A stretch of 46,559 bases of DNA from assembly GCA_944324695.1 (NCBI GenBank), contig CALUXH010000015.1, positions 1-46,559 on the forward strand, in the 5' to 3' direction. The DNA is from an uncultured Elusimicrobiales bacterium. GTDB taxonomy: Bacteria; Elusimicrobiota; Elusimicrobia; Elusimicrobiales; Elusimicrobiaceae. Shown one piece after another: positions 9,590 to 19,459 of the stretch. Position numbers and translations under genes: made by a program. The stretch's first letter is position 1. The number at the start of each line of letters is the position of its first letter. The notes beneath the pieces are model-generated. The model did no database searches. It had not been told where the DNA came from and worked only from the letters and a program-made list of their open reading frames with translations.

Positions 9590-10680
9590 CAAAGAAAACC
9601 ATTGGAATTTTGACCCATTATCAAGTACATAATCACGGTGCTATTTTGCAGCTGTATGGGTTGTATCATACTTTGCAAAATCTGGGGCTGGCCCCTTGTG
9701 TGCTGACGTATCAGAAAAATTTTGATTTTATTTCGCCGGAATTAAAAAATAAATACGCGCTGTCGGCCAAGTCAATTCCATTTTATTTGCATTACTTGAG
9801 AGAACAAGGCCTGGCAAAAACCTGGTTTAATTTTGGCAAGAAGCGCCTGCTGGCCCGTTTTAATTCGCAACACTTTGTCTTTTCTTCTTTGGAAAGTACC
9901 CGTTTGGATTATGCCGTGGTGGGCAGCGATGAAGTGTTCTCTTTGGAAGCGGGTATCAACCGTATGATGTATGGCTATGATGTGAGGAGTAAGCAAATTT
10001 TTTCTTATGCGGCCAGTTTTGGGCAGACGGATATTAAGGAGATGGAACAAAAAAACTGCCGGGATATGCTGGCTGCTGGGCTGAAAAAGTTTTCTCACAT
10101 TTGCGTGCGGGATCAGGCTTCCGCCCAAACGGTGGAAAAGTTGATTGGACAAAAGCCTGTCATTCATTTTGACCCGGTTTTGTTATATGGATTTGAAAAG
10201 GAAATGACGGACAGTTCTTTTTGTCCCCCCGAAGGACCGTATTTGGTTGTATATGCTTACGACCGTCATCTTAATACGCCGCAAGAAATAGCGGCCGTGC
10301 GCAGCTATGCCCGCGCACATCATTTGAAAATAGTTTCGCCCGGGTTTTATCACGCTTGGGTGGATAAAAACCTAAATGTGGAGCCTTTGGAGTTATTACA
10401 GGTGTTTAAACACGCTACCTGCGTGGTGACGGATACTTTTCATGGCAGCGTATTGTCTATTTTAACCAATCGGCCTTTTGCCGCTTTTGTGCGGGAAATG
10501 AACCAAAATAAATTAGGTTTTTTATTGGATTCTTTGGATGTGGGGCAAGCCCGCATGAGCACATGGGAGGCGCTCCCTGATGTCTTGGGTCGAAGGCAGG
10601 ATTGGCACACAATAAATAAAAATATACAGCACGAGCGGGCCGGGGCGCTTTCGTACTTAGAAGAGGCTTTGTATGACTAA
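9586..10680 (+). CDS. Polysaccharide pyruvyl transferase family protein
   Basis: NHGAILQ, VVGSDEVF, YAASFG, VRD, DPVLL, TDTFHG motifs. Confidence 0.9.
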   Translation: MTKKTIGILTHYQVHNHGAILQLYGLYHTLQNLGLAPCVLTYQKNFDFISPELKNKYALSAKSIPFYLHYLREQGLAKTWFNFGKKRLLARFNSQHFVFSSLESTRLDYAVVGSDEVFSLEAGINRMMYGYDVRSKQIFSYAASFGQTDIKEMEQKNCRDMLAAGLKKFSHICVRDQASAQTVEKLIGQKPVIHFDPVLLYGFEKEMTDSSFCPPEGPYLVVYAYDRHLNTPQEIAAVRSYARAHHLKIVSPGFYHAWVDKNLNVEPLELLQVFKHATCVVTDTFHGSVLSILTNRPFAAFVREMNQNKLGFLLDSLDVGQARMSTWEALPDVLGRRQDWHTINKNIQHERAGALSYLEEALYD

Positions 10681-11833
10681 CTGTGTGGAAAATAAAACGC
10701 CTTGCACGGGATGCGGCGTTTGCCAGGCAATTTGTCCAGTAAAAGCTATTCATTTGGAATTAAATCAAGAAGGCTTTTGGACTGCCATATTAGATAAAAC
10801 GAAATGTGTAGATTGTCAAAAGTGCTTATCCGTATGCCCTAAATTCACAGACCGCTTTCCTCCTTCTCCCGCTTTTGATACATTGCCGCTGTATGCCGCA
10901 TACAGCCGAGAGGAGCAAATGTCTTCCTCCAGCGGAGGAATTGCCGCAGAAATTACAAAATGGGCTTTTGCAAACGGATATAAAGTGGCCGGCGTCCGAT
11001 ATAATTACCAGCGTCAATGCGCGGAAACCATAATTGCCGACAATTTAGAACAAGCCCAAGCGTTTAAGGGATCAAAATATCTCCAAAGCGACAGTTCAAG
11101 CGCTTTTGAACAAATTTTAACGTGGACGGATAAATTGGTTGTATTCGGTACTCCCTGTCAAATAGCAGCACTTCATTTGGCGGCGTCTTTGGTAAACAGA
11201 AGAAAAGATTTAATTTTAGTAGATTTTTTCTGCCATGGGGTTCCGTCCTACCTGCTGTGGAAGGCCTTTGTTGCCCAACAACCAGAAGAAATAAAACAAA
11301 TTAATTTTAGAAACAAGAAACGGGGCTGGCATACTTTTACTATGGAAATAAATAGGAAAATTGTAAAAAACAATCCGTTTTATGATTTGTTTTTTAGTGA
11401 TTTACTGCTGGGCCCCCAATGCTATTGCTGCGAGAGTAGAAAGAGTTTTGCTTTTGCTGATATCCGGTTGGGCGATTTTTGGGGCAGTCTCTTTGATTTG
11501 CGAGAGGATGGAATAAGTGTAGTCTGTTGCTGTTCTCCCTCTGGGGAAGAAATGCTTTCTTCTTTAAGAAAAAACATACAATTTATCGTCTTATCTGGGG
11601 ACCACTCTCTGTGCAAACGATCGCAAGCATCATTCAAAAGCACTACCTATAATCCAAGGGAGCGTTCTCTGTATTTGGAACTATTACAACAAAAAATATC
11701 TCTTCAGCAACTGCTAAAAAGAAATAGATATCCCCACAAGATTTTAATATTCTATTTTAAGAAACTATTGTTTTTATCCCCGAGAATAGCAGGACTAATT
11801 CGATTTTGTTATCATAAGATGAAAGGGTATTGA
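10673..11833 (+). CDS. 4Fe-4S protein of the coenzyme F420 hydrogenase/dehydrogenase beta-subunit family
   Basis: Two CxxCxxCxxxCP clusters, SSSGG, GSKYLQS, GTPCQI, CHGVPS, DIRLGDFWG. Confidence 0.9.
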   Translation: MTNCVENKTPCTGCGVCQAICPVKAIHLELNQEGFWTAILDKTKCVDCQKCLSVCPKFTDRFPPSPAFDTLPLYAAYSREEQMSSSSGGIAAEITKWAFANGYKVAGVRYNYQRQCAETIIADNLEQAQAFKGSKYLQSDSSSAFEQILTWTDKLVVFGTPCQIAALHLAASLVNRRKDLILVDFFCHGVPSYLLWKAFVAQQPEEIKQINFRNKKRGWHTFTMEINRKIVKNNPFYDLFFSDLLLGPQCYCCESRKSFAFADIRLGDFWGSLFDLREDGISVVCCCSPSGEEMLSSLRKNIQFIVLSGDHSLCKRSQASFKSTTYNPRERSLYLELLQQKISLQQLLKRNRYPHKILIFYFKKLLFLSPRIAGLIRFCYHKMKGY

Positions 11834-11909
11834 TTCCTTTTACCACAGACCAACCATTAAGCTGAGTTTACTGGAAATAAAAGATTTTCCATATTCCAAA
11901 ATAATTATT

Positions 11910-12887
11910 ATGATAAATAAATATAAATATATTATTTTCTCCCCTTATTTTGGTAAATTACCGCAAAATTTTGAATTATGGTTACAATCATGCCAATACA
12001 ATGAGGATTTTTTGTTTATTGTATTTACAGATTGCAACTACCAACAGAGCCTCCCTCCCAATGTAGTTTTAAAGTACATGTCATTTACGGAATTACAACA
12101 GCTAGTGCAATCTAAATTTGATTTTCTAATTTCATTGCGGACCCCGTATAAATTATGCGATTATAAACCTGCTTTTGGCTATATTTTCCAAGAATATCTA
12201 GGCAAAAATTGTTCCTATTGGGGCCATTGCGACATGGATTTAATTTTAGGGAACTTAAAAACTTTTCTACCTGATTCTAACTACGATAAAATAGCGTATT
12301 TAGGTCATTTTTCTTTATATAAGAATACCCCTGAACTTCGCAAGGCGTTTATGTTGTCTTCCGAAAGCGCTATTTCTTTTAAAGATGTATTTTCTTCAGA
12401 TATTCATTTTGCTTTTGATGAAGCATATCAATATGGTATTAACGCAATTCTTCATACTAATCACAAAACGATCTATCCTCTGCAACAATATGTTGCGGAT
12501 ATATCCAATCTATACGAAAATTTTGCCATATCAATATATCAACATCCAGGATTCATACGACAAAGTAACAAACGTATTTTTTCATTTGAAGACGGAAGAA
12601 TCTATGCTCATACATTAGAAAATCATGAAATGATTAGCAAACGAGAATACGCGTATATCCATTTACAAAAACGTTCAATGGCTAATACTCTATCAGGCAC
12701 ACATCCCCGCTATTTAATTATTCCTAACGTTTTTAAACCTTGGCAGGAGATTACCCCCAATTTGATTGCACAAGCTCAACCGAAATTTTTATACTGGAAA
12801 AAAATTAAAAGAATAGTGTTTACACGCAAACAAAGCTTTTTCCGCTCCATTCAACGCCGGATGATTTTAAAAAAATTTCATCATTAA
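11910..12887 (+). CDS. DUF6625-like putative glycosyltransferase
   Basis: PYFGKLP, PYKLCDYKPAFG, WGHCDMDLILG, AYIHLQKR motifs; AT-rich. Confidence 0.8.
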   Translation: MINKYKYIIFSPYFGKLPQNFELWLQSCQYNEDFLFIVFTDCNYQQSLPPNVVLKYMSFTELQQLVQSKFDFLISLRTPYKLCDYKPAFGYIFQEYLGKNCSYWGHCDMDLILGNLKTFLPDSNYDKIAYLGHFSLYKNTPELRKAFMLSSESAISFKDVFSSDIHFAFDEAYQYGINAILHTNHKTIYPLQQYVADISNLYENFAISIYQHPGFIRQSNKRIFSFEDGRIYAHTLENHEMISKREYAYIHLQKRSMANTLSGTHPRYLIIPNVFKPWQEITPNLIAQAQPKFLYWKKIKRIVFTRKQSFFRSIQRRMILKKFHH

Positions 12888-12906
12888 ATATTATTGTTGG
12901 AGAAAA

Positions 12907-14061
12907 ATGAATATATTAATCACAGTTAAAACTTTTGCTCCGCTTAAAGATGGAGTACAATCAGTAACAGAATATCTCGCAGAAGGATTATTAAAAAAAG
13001 GACATAAGGTTACTGTGGTAACAACTAGAATACCCGGTATACCTGATAGAGAAGATTATCATGGTCTGTCTATCATTCGGGTACCTATATACACAAAATT
13101 TGCTTTATATTGGGGAAATAGAAAAAAATATCAGGAATTCATACTGAATTTAGCACAACAACATGATGTAATGATTAATGTTGCGACGCAGCAAGCTTTA
13201 ACGGACTATTTATATCCTATTTTATCCAAAATTAAATGCATAAAAATTTTACATATGCATGGGATGTATGATTTTCACTGGCATTTAACGGATTTACGGT
13301 CACTGAAAGCTTTTGTCTATAAGATATGGAGAGATATCCGATGGGGAATGTTATATTACATAAAACCTCACAAATTCCAACAATATGATTACGTTTTACA
13401 ATTGCATCAATTTGACAAAGCACACCTCTTTTTTAAAAAGCATTATGGAATTGATGGGCATATTCTTGAAAACGCCGCCGGAGACGAATTTTATTGTCCA
13501 AATGACCATTTAAAAGATTTATATGCTGTTTGTGTAGCCAATTACCAAGAAATAAAAAACCAAGAATTTTTATTAGAAGCTTTCTATAAAAGTAAATCTA
13601 GTACGAAGATGCAATTAATTTTAATTGGAAGCAAAAAAACAGCATATTATTTAAAGCTACAGAAAAAAATTTTATTGTTACAGCAAAAATGCGGAACTAG
13701 AAACATACAAATGCTTACAGATGTTTCCCGGCAGCAAACGGTAATGTATGTAAAAAAAGCCTCTGTATACTTGATGAGTAGTCTAAAAGAAGCATTCTCC
13801 ATATCTTTAATTGAAGCAATGGCCGCTGGTACGCCCTTTATTTCAACTGATGTAGGAGTTGCAAGATATCTTCCGGGTGGTATTGTTTGTAGCACACAAG
13901 AGGAAATGGCTTATTGGTTAGATGTATTATACAATCATGCTAATATAAGAAAATCCTTAGCAAATGCCGGGAAAAATTTTTATAGAAAGAATCTTACGAC
14001 CGATGTGAAAGTTAATCAATTACATTTATTAATCACACGGAAAAATAATATTAAAAAATAA
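12907..14061 (+). CDS. Glycosyltransferase family 4
   Basis: GT-B fold; EAFSISLIEAMAAGTPFISTDVG (Ex7E). Confidence 0.9.
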   Translation: MNILITVKTFAPLKDGVQSVTEYLAEGLLKKGHKVTVVTTRIPGIPDREDYHGLSIIRVPIYTKFALYWGNRKKYQEFILNLAQQHDVMINVATQQALTDYLYPILSKIKCIKILHMHGMYDFHWHLTDLRSLKAFVYKIWRDIRWGMLYYIKPHKFQQYDYVLQLHQFDKAHLFFKKHYGIDGHILENAAGDEFYCPNDHLKDLYAVCVANYQEIKNQEFLLEAFYKSKSSTKMQLILIGSKKTAYYLKLQKKILLLQQKCGTRNIQMLTDVSRQQTVMYVKKASVYLMSSLKEAFSISLIEAMAAGTPFISTDVGVARYLPGGIVCSTQEEMAYWLDVLYNHANIRKSLANAGKNFYRKNLTTDVKVNQLHLLITRKNNIKK

Positions 14062-14064
14062 AGT

Positions 14065-15192
14065 ATGTTAGATAATATTAACATCTTAGGATGGGATTAT
14101 TTTTTATTAATGCTTTTCTTATGGAGCATGGCCTGTATATGCTACCAAATACAAAATCATCCCACAACAATTAGATTTCATATCAAGAAACATTCTCTTG
14201 ATGTTTCTGTACTACGACTAGTATTCATTGTATTAGGTTTAATGGCTGCACTACGCGGGTTAGATATAGCAAATGATACAATGGCTTATTACTCAGCTTA
14301 TCATTATTTTAAATTGACAAATACCTTCTTATCCACCTACATGGAAGCAGGATATGTGGCCCTTAATTTATTTATAGCTAAAATTTTCCCTCACGGTGAT
14401 ACCGGATTTCATATTTTAGTATTTTTGACTTCAATTTTTTGTTATTGGTCTGTAGAACAATGGATTGAAAAACACGCTAAGACATATGGAATCAGTTTTC
14501 TTACGTTTTATTTCTTATTGAATTCCTTTTTCATTTCTGCAATTCGTCAATCAATTGCAATTTCTATCATTTTAATAGCACTAACATGGTTAGAAAGAGG
14601 ATATAAATTCCGTTTTATTTTAGGAGTCATCCTAGCCTCTTTATTCCATATTTCTGCTCTAGTATCTTTTATTTTCTTATTCTTTTATAATAAAAAATTC
14701 AATTACAAATGGGGCCTGCTCTTTTTTTTAGGAGCAATTTTAATCACTTTATTTGATATACAACAACCTATTATTGAATTAATTAAACCCAATACAAAGT
14801 ATGTCTTTGGAGAAATTGGAAATCTCGTAAATGTTCTTATTTTATCTTCTTTTTATTTAGCTTTATTATTCGTAAGAATTTTTACAAAACAAAAGAGTTA
14901 TGAGCATCCAAAAGGGCAATTTAGAGATGATTTCTTTTCTTTTTGCATTCTTATAGCACTTTCTATTACAATTTTATCGCTAAAAGGGCCAATTATAAAT
15001 AGATTGGGATATTATTTTTCTTTTGCTGGAATTCCCTACATTGCTAACACTTTATATAGAATAAAAAACAGGAAGTTCGCAAATATTTTTAAAATCATCT
15101 TTTGTATTATTTTTTGGGGTTATTCATTATCAGTTTTAATTTTTAGACCCGAATGGAACCATTTATGGCCATATCATTTCTTTTGGAACTAA
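14065..15192 (+). CDS. wzy: EpsG-family polysaccharide polymerase (Wzy)
   Basis: About 10 TMs; ALRG..DTxxY, ExGY, IRQSIAISI, FHISA motifs. Confidence 0.85.
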   Translation: MLDNINILGWDYFLLMLFLWSMACICYQIQNHPTTIRFHIKKHSLDVSVLRLVFIVLGLMAALRGLDIANDTMAYYSAYHYFKLTNTFLSTYMEAGYVALNLFIAKIFPHGDTGFHILVFLTSIFCYWSVEQWIEKHAKTYGISFLTFYFLLNSFFISAIRQSIAISIILIALTWLERGYKFRFILGVILASLFHISALVSFIFLFFYNKKFNYKWGLLFFLGAILITLFDIQQPIIELIKPNTKYVFGEIGNLVNVLILSSFYLALLFVRIFTKQKSYEHPKGQFRDDFFSFCILIALSITILSLKGPIINRLGYYFSFAGIPYIANTLYRIKNRKFANIFKIIFCIIFWGYSLSVLIFRPEWNHLWPYHFFWN

Positions 15193-15223
15193 ACCAGAGA
15201 AAATATATCAATACAAATTATAA

Positions 15224-15955
15224 ATGCAAAAAACTATGATACCTAAAATTATTCATTATTGCTGGTTCGGTAAAGGAAAGTATCCTGCAATTGTGCAAAA
15301 ATGCATAAAAAGCTGGCATAAATTTTGCCCAAATTACGAAATCAAGTTATGGAACGAAGACAATTATCATGTTTTTCAAAACGCATATACAGCAGAAGCT
15401 TATAAAGCAAAAAAATGGGCTTTTGTTTCTGATTTTGCCAGGCTAGATATTATTTATCATTATGGTGGAATTTATTTAGATACAGATGTAGAACTATTAA
15501 AATCTCTTGATCCTCTTTTGACGCATGAATGTTTTGTCTCAGCAGATGAGGCAGGCATCAATACTGGTCTAGGTTTTGGTTCTTTCAAAAAGCACCAAGC
15601 TATTAAAGCAATGCTTAATTTATATAAAAACAAGCAATTTTTGACTTCGTATGGACCTGATCTAACCCCCTGCACCAAACTCAATACACAGATTTTTCTT
15701 GAACAGGGTTATATTCCCAACACAAAAGATCTCATCCATCTTTCGGGAGTTACAATTCTTCCACCCGAATACTTCAGCCCTATAAATGGAGTAACATCGG
15801 AATTAAATATAACATGTAATACCTATGGTATTCATTGGAACAGTCGTTTATGGGCAACAGGATTAACCAAACTAAAAGCAAAGAGCCGATTAATTTTAGG
15901 ATTAACAATAAGTCACAAGATAAAAAAATTCTTTAAAAAAATATCGGTTATCTAA
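15224..15955 (+). CDS. Glycosyltransferase family 32 (DXD, Och1-like)
   Basis: IPKIIHYCWFG, WAFVSDFARL, GGIYLDTDV. Confidence 0.92.
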   Translation: MQKTMIPKIIHYCWFGKGKYPAIVQKCIKSWHKFCPNYEIKLWNEDNYHVFQNAYTAEAYKAKKWAFVSDFARLDIIYHYGGIYLDTDVELLKSLDPLLTHECFVSADEAGINTGLGFGSFKKHQAIKAMLNLYKNKQFLTSYGPDLTPCTKLNTQIFLEQGYIPNTKDLIHLSGVTILPPEYFSPINGVTSELNITCNTYGIHWNSRLWATGLTKLKAKSRLILGLTISHKIKKFFKKISVI

Positions 15956-15966
15956 ATCTACGTATA

Positions 15967-17478
15967 ATGAATCAGAGAAAAGCTGGTGCAATTTTATCTT
16001 ATTTATCTACTGCCACTAACGCAATAGTACAGCTCATTTATGTACCCCTACTATTGCTTTTTTTGACCAAACAACAATACGGCCTTTACCAATTAATGGG
16101 GTCTATGATAGCTTACCTGTCTATTATGGACTTTGGGTTATCCAATACAACTACACGTTATCTGGCCCGAGCATTGGTATTAAAAGATAGCGAACAACAA
16201 ACCAAAGTCATATCTTCTTCAATTAAGATTTATTCGTGGATTAGTATTGTTCTAGTACTATTCGGATCCATAGGTTATTTTTTAATTTCTCCCATATATT
16301 CAAATACCTTAACAGCGCAAGAACTTATTACTGCAAAACATATCTTTTTAGTACTATTATTTAATATTGCGGTTTTTATTCCTTCTAATATTTTTGTTGC
16401 TATTATTAATTCTCATGAAAAATTTATTTTTTTACGTGGAATTAATTTACTAAAAATTATTCTACAACCCTGTTTAGCGTGCGCCGTATTAGCATTAAAA
16501 GCCGATGTGTTATATCTTGTTTATGTACAGACTTTTTTTACATTAGCAGTAATTGCGCTCAATTATTGGTATTGTCGCTTTAAGCTTCATATTACATTTG
16601 CTATTGGAATGGCAGATAAAATATTGATAAAAGAAATCACAGGATTCTCCGTGTTTGTATTTTTACATGCGCTAATGGACCAAATCTATTGGAGATCTGG
16701 CCAGCTTATTTTAGGAGCTATATCCGGTACGACAGCTGTTGCTTTCTATTCTATTGCTATGCAATTATCCTTATTTGCCGTGTTTACGCCGACAATAATG
16801 AGCAATGTTTTTTTACCCTCTCTTTCTCAAATTGCCTTACAGGATAAGGATCTAACCCGAATGAATCAAATTTTCTGTAAATTAGGAAGATTGCAGTTTA
16901 TGTTAATTTCTCTCTTATTTGGAGGATTTATATTTCTAGGTCAAACATTTATCACCTTGTGGGTTGGCCCCGGTTATGAAATCTGCTATTGGGTCGCAAT
17001 AATTATCATGGGAGGATATATTTTAGACGTCACCCAAAATGTTGGAATTGCTATTTTGCAAGCCTTGAAAAAGCATGCGTTTAGAGCATATGTGTATACA
17101 ACAATGGCTATTTTAAATATTGGGCTTTCCATCTGGCTGGGAAAAAACTATGGAGAAGTAGGCTGTGCCTGTTCAACAACTTTCTGCCTTTTGTTGGGGT
17201 CTGGATTAGCAATTAACTGGTATTATCACCATATAGGAATAGATTTAAAGACCTTTTTTTCAAATTTATTGCAACTATGCTTTCCTATAGTTTTAGCTAT
17301 TTTTGCCATGTGGTCACTACAACAAATATGGCCTGTTTCTGTTACTTGGAATAGTTTTATTATACATGGAATTGCCTTTGTATTTATCTATAGCAGCATC
17401 ATTTGGATATTGGGGCTAAATAAATATGAAAAAAATTTAATTTTATCTCCAATTAATAAATATATCTTGCATAAATAA
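15967..17478 (+). CDS. wzx: Polysaccharide flippase (Wzx)
   Basis: About 14 TMs; KAGAILSY..YGLYQL..MDFG typical of Polysacc_synt flippases. Confidence 0.9.
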   Translation: MNQRKAGAILSYLSTATNAIVQLIYVPLLLLFLTKQQYGLYQLMGSMIAYLSIMDFGLSNTTTRYLARALVLKDSEQQTKVISSSIKIYSWISIVLVLFGSIGYFLISPIYSNTLTAQELITAKHIFLVLLFNIAVFIPSNIFVAIINSHEKFIFLRGINLLKIILQPCLACAVLALKADVLYLVYVQTFFTLAVIALNYWYCRFKLHITFAIGMADKILIKEITGFSVFVFLHALMDQIYWRSGQLILGAISGTTAVAFYSIAMQLSLFAVFTPTIMSNVFLPSLSQIALQDKDLTRMNQIFCKLGRLQFMLISLLFGGFIFLGQTFITLWVGPGYEICYWVAIIIMGGYILDVTQNVGIAILQALKKHAFRAYVYTTMAILNIGLSIWLGKNYGEVGCACSTTFCLLLGSGLAINWYYHHIGIDLKTFFSNLLQLCFPIVLAIFAMWSLQQIWPVSVTWNSFIIHGIAFVFIYSSIIWILGLNKYEKNLILSPINKYILHK

Positions 17479-17670
17479 CGAAAAAGGCATTATTCTTTCA
17501 ATAAAATAATACGATACTATTTATATTATTAGGATTACAGAACCGCTCAATAGGCGGGTGCCCGCCTTGCTGGGAGAAAAGCCGTTCCCCGTGCGGGTCC
17601 TGCAAACGCTGAGGCGTAAAATTGCCCGCAAATTGCACCTTCACTAATACATTCATACGCATTTGGTTAT

Positions 17671-17709
17671 ATAAAAATTCCCGGATCATTACACTCCGGG
17701 AATTTTTAT
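17671..17709. terminator. Bidirectional terminator between wzx and wzc
   Basis: ataaaaattcccgga-tcattacac-tccgggaatttttat perfect 15-bp stem. Confidence 0.85.
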
Positions 17710-17730
17710 GTCTCCGTTCAAAGCAGCGCC

Positions 17731-19449
17731 TTATTTTTTATCTTTATCTTCGTTGTAATAGCTGTAGGTTTTATAATACCCGTATTTGCCGTAAGACAGG
17801 CCCTCGGGGCGGTAATGCCCGATGACCGCGCCCAAAATTTTAATGCCTGCCTTTTGCAGTTTATCCAGCGCCACCTGCGCCAATTTGGCGTTGGTCTGGC
17901 CGTATTTGATGACAAACACCGCGCGCGGCACATATTTGCCCCACAGCAGCGTGTCTGACACCGGAAGAATGGCGGGGCAGTCTATAACCACCTGGTCAAA
18001 GTTCTTCTGCGCCCATTGCAGGAAATCAGCCAGTTTGGGTGTATTTAAGAGCTCTGCTGGATTGGGCGGGCGCTGGCCGGAGGTCATGACGAATAAATTC
18101 GGCACGTCTTTGACGGGCTGCACATTGGCCGCGTAATCGGCTTTTTTCGGGTCCGCGTCCCAAATATTGCTTAGGCCTTTTTCGGTGGAAAGTTTAAATA
18201 CGCGGTGCACGCGCGCGCGGCGCAAATCCCCGTCCACCAGCAGCACTTTTTTGCCGGCCTGCGCCATAGCCACCAGCAGGTTGGAGGACAAATTGCTTTT
18301 GCCTTCCCCCTGCAGAGAGCTGGTAATTAAGAAAGGTGCATTGTGGTTGTCCGACAAGGCAAAGTCCAGCATGGTGCGTATATTGCGCACGTTTTCCGCC
18401 AGCAGGAAATTGCCCGTCTTGAGCATGGTGGCGTATTCGCTTTCTTTCTTCTTGGTTTTTTCATACGGCACAAAGCCCAAAAAAGGCAGATGCAGTTTTT
18501 CCTCCAAATCTTCGGACGATTTAACGCTTTGATCCAAAAATTCCAGCACAAACACCAGCCCCAGGCCCAAAATGCCGCCGGCCAGCAGGCCGATGGCCAA
18601 ATTGATGAGTTTGCGCGGACGCACCGGCTTGTCCGGCGTGACGGCGGGGTCTACAATGCGGATATTGTTGCCGGAGAATTGGCCGGAGAGTTCAATTTTA
18701 ATGCTTTGCACCAGGCGGCGCGTTTCCGTATTGATTTGTTCGTTGACCGCATTCAGCTGGTTTTGTACGGAAATCAGTTCCGGATGTTGCGCTGTATATT
18801 TGGCGGCTAATTTGGCGCGCTGTGCCGACAGCTGGGCCGCCTGTTGTTTAAGCGTTTTGATAAAGTCGCTGTTGACCACCTGCGGCATGGAATTAAGCAG
18901 CTCCTGTTCTTCGGGGCTGCGCTCCGTGCTTTCCAGCGCGGCGATGACGTCCTGCCCCATAAACACGCGGTTGCTCACGTTGTCGGCCACAAAAGTGTTG
19001 GTCAGCGTATTGGCTATTTCCGCGGCCAATTTGGGGTCATAAGCCGTAATGGATACATTGACCAGCCGGCTGCGCGTAACGGGGTCTATATTCAAAGCGC
19101 CCTGCAGTTTATTTAGTCCGCGTGGATTGGCAAACTGTTCATACTGGTTTAGGTCCATATTTTTATAGACTTTTTCCAACAGGGAGCGGCTTGCCAGCAG
19201 TTGGTACTGCGTGCGGTAATAGTCTTCTTCGCTGGTAAACGAACTGTAAGGCGTGGCGTCTATTTTCCCGGCGTCTTCCTGGTTAATCATCATCAATACG
19301 GTGGCTTTATAGGCCGGACGCATGAAGATATTTACCAGTATGGCCGCCACCAGGCCCACCGCCACCATGGCTACAATCAGCCAAAAACGTTTAAAAATAA
19401 CATTAATGTAATACGAGAAATCCAGCTCTTCGTTTTGGATGTTTTCCAT
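17731..19449 (-). CDS. wzc: Polysaccharide co-polymerase / BY-kinase
   Basis: Start MENIQNEE with aagga RBS; 2 TMs; Walker A SLQGEGKS, DGDLRR, VIDCP; C-terminal Tyr cluster YGKYGYYKTYSYY. Confidence 0.95.
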   Translation of the reverse strand: MENIQNEELDFSYYINVIFKRFWLIVAMVAVGLVAAILVNIFMRPAYKATVLMMINQEDAGKIDATPYSSFTSEEDYYRTQYQLLASRSLLEKVYKNMDLNQYEQFANPRGLNKLQGALNIDPVTRSRLVNVSITAYDPKLAAEIANTLTNTFVADNVSNRVFMGQDVIAALESTERSPEEQELLNSMPQVVNSDFIKTLKQQAAQLSAQRAKLAAKYTAQHPELISVQNQLNAVNEQINTETRRLVQSIKIELSGQFSGNNIRIVDPAVTPDKPVRPRKLINLAIGLLAGGILGLGLVFVLEFLDQSVKSSEDLEEKLHLPFLGFVPYEKTKKKESEYATMLKTGNFLLAENVRNIRTMLDFALSDNHNAPFLITSSLQGEGKSNLSSNLLVAMAQAGKKVLLVDGDLRRARVHRVFKLSTEKGLSNIWDADPKKADYAANVQPVKDVPNLFVMTSGQRPPNPAELLNTPKLADFLQWAQKNFDQVVIDCPAILPVSDTLLWGKYVPRAVFVIKYGQTNAKLAQVALDKLQKAGIKILGAVIGHYRPEGLSYGKYGYYKTYSYYNEDKDKK

Positions 19450-19459
19450 ATAGTATCCT

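Noticed and set aside
8625-17730. Recombinase-invertible capsule cassette
   Set aside because: I found no matching inverted repeats at the two boundaries, there is no recombinase gene in the window, and both sides have their own promoter or terminator.
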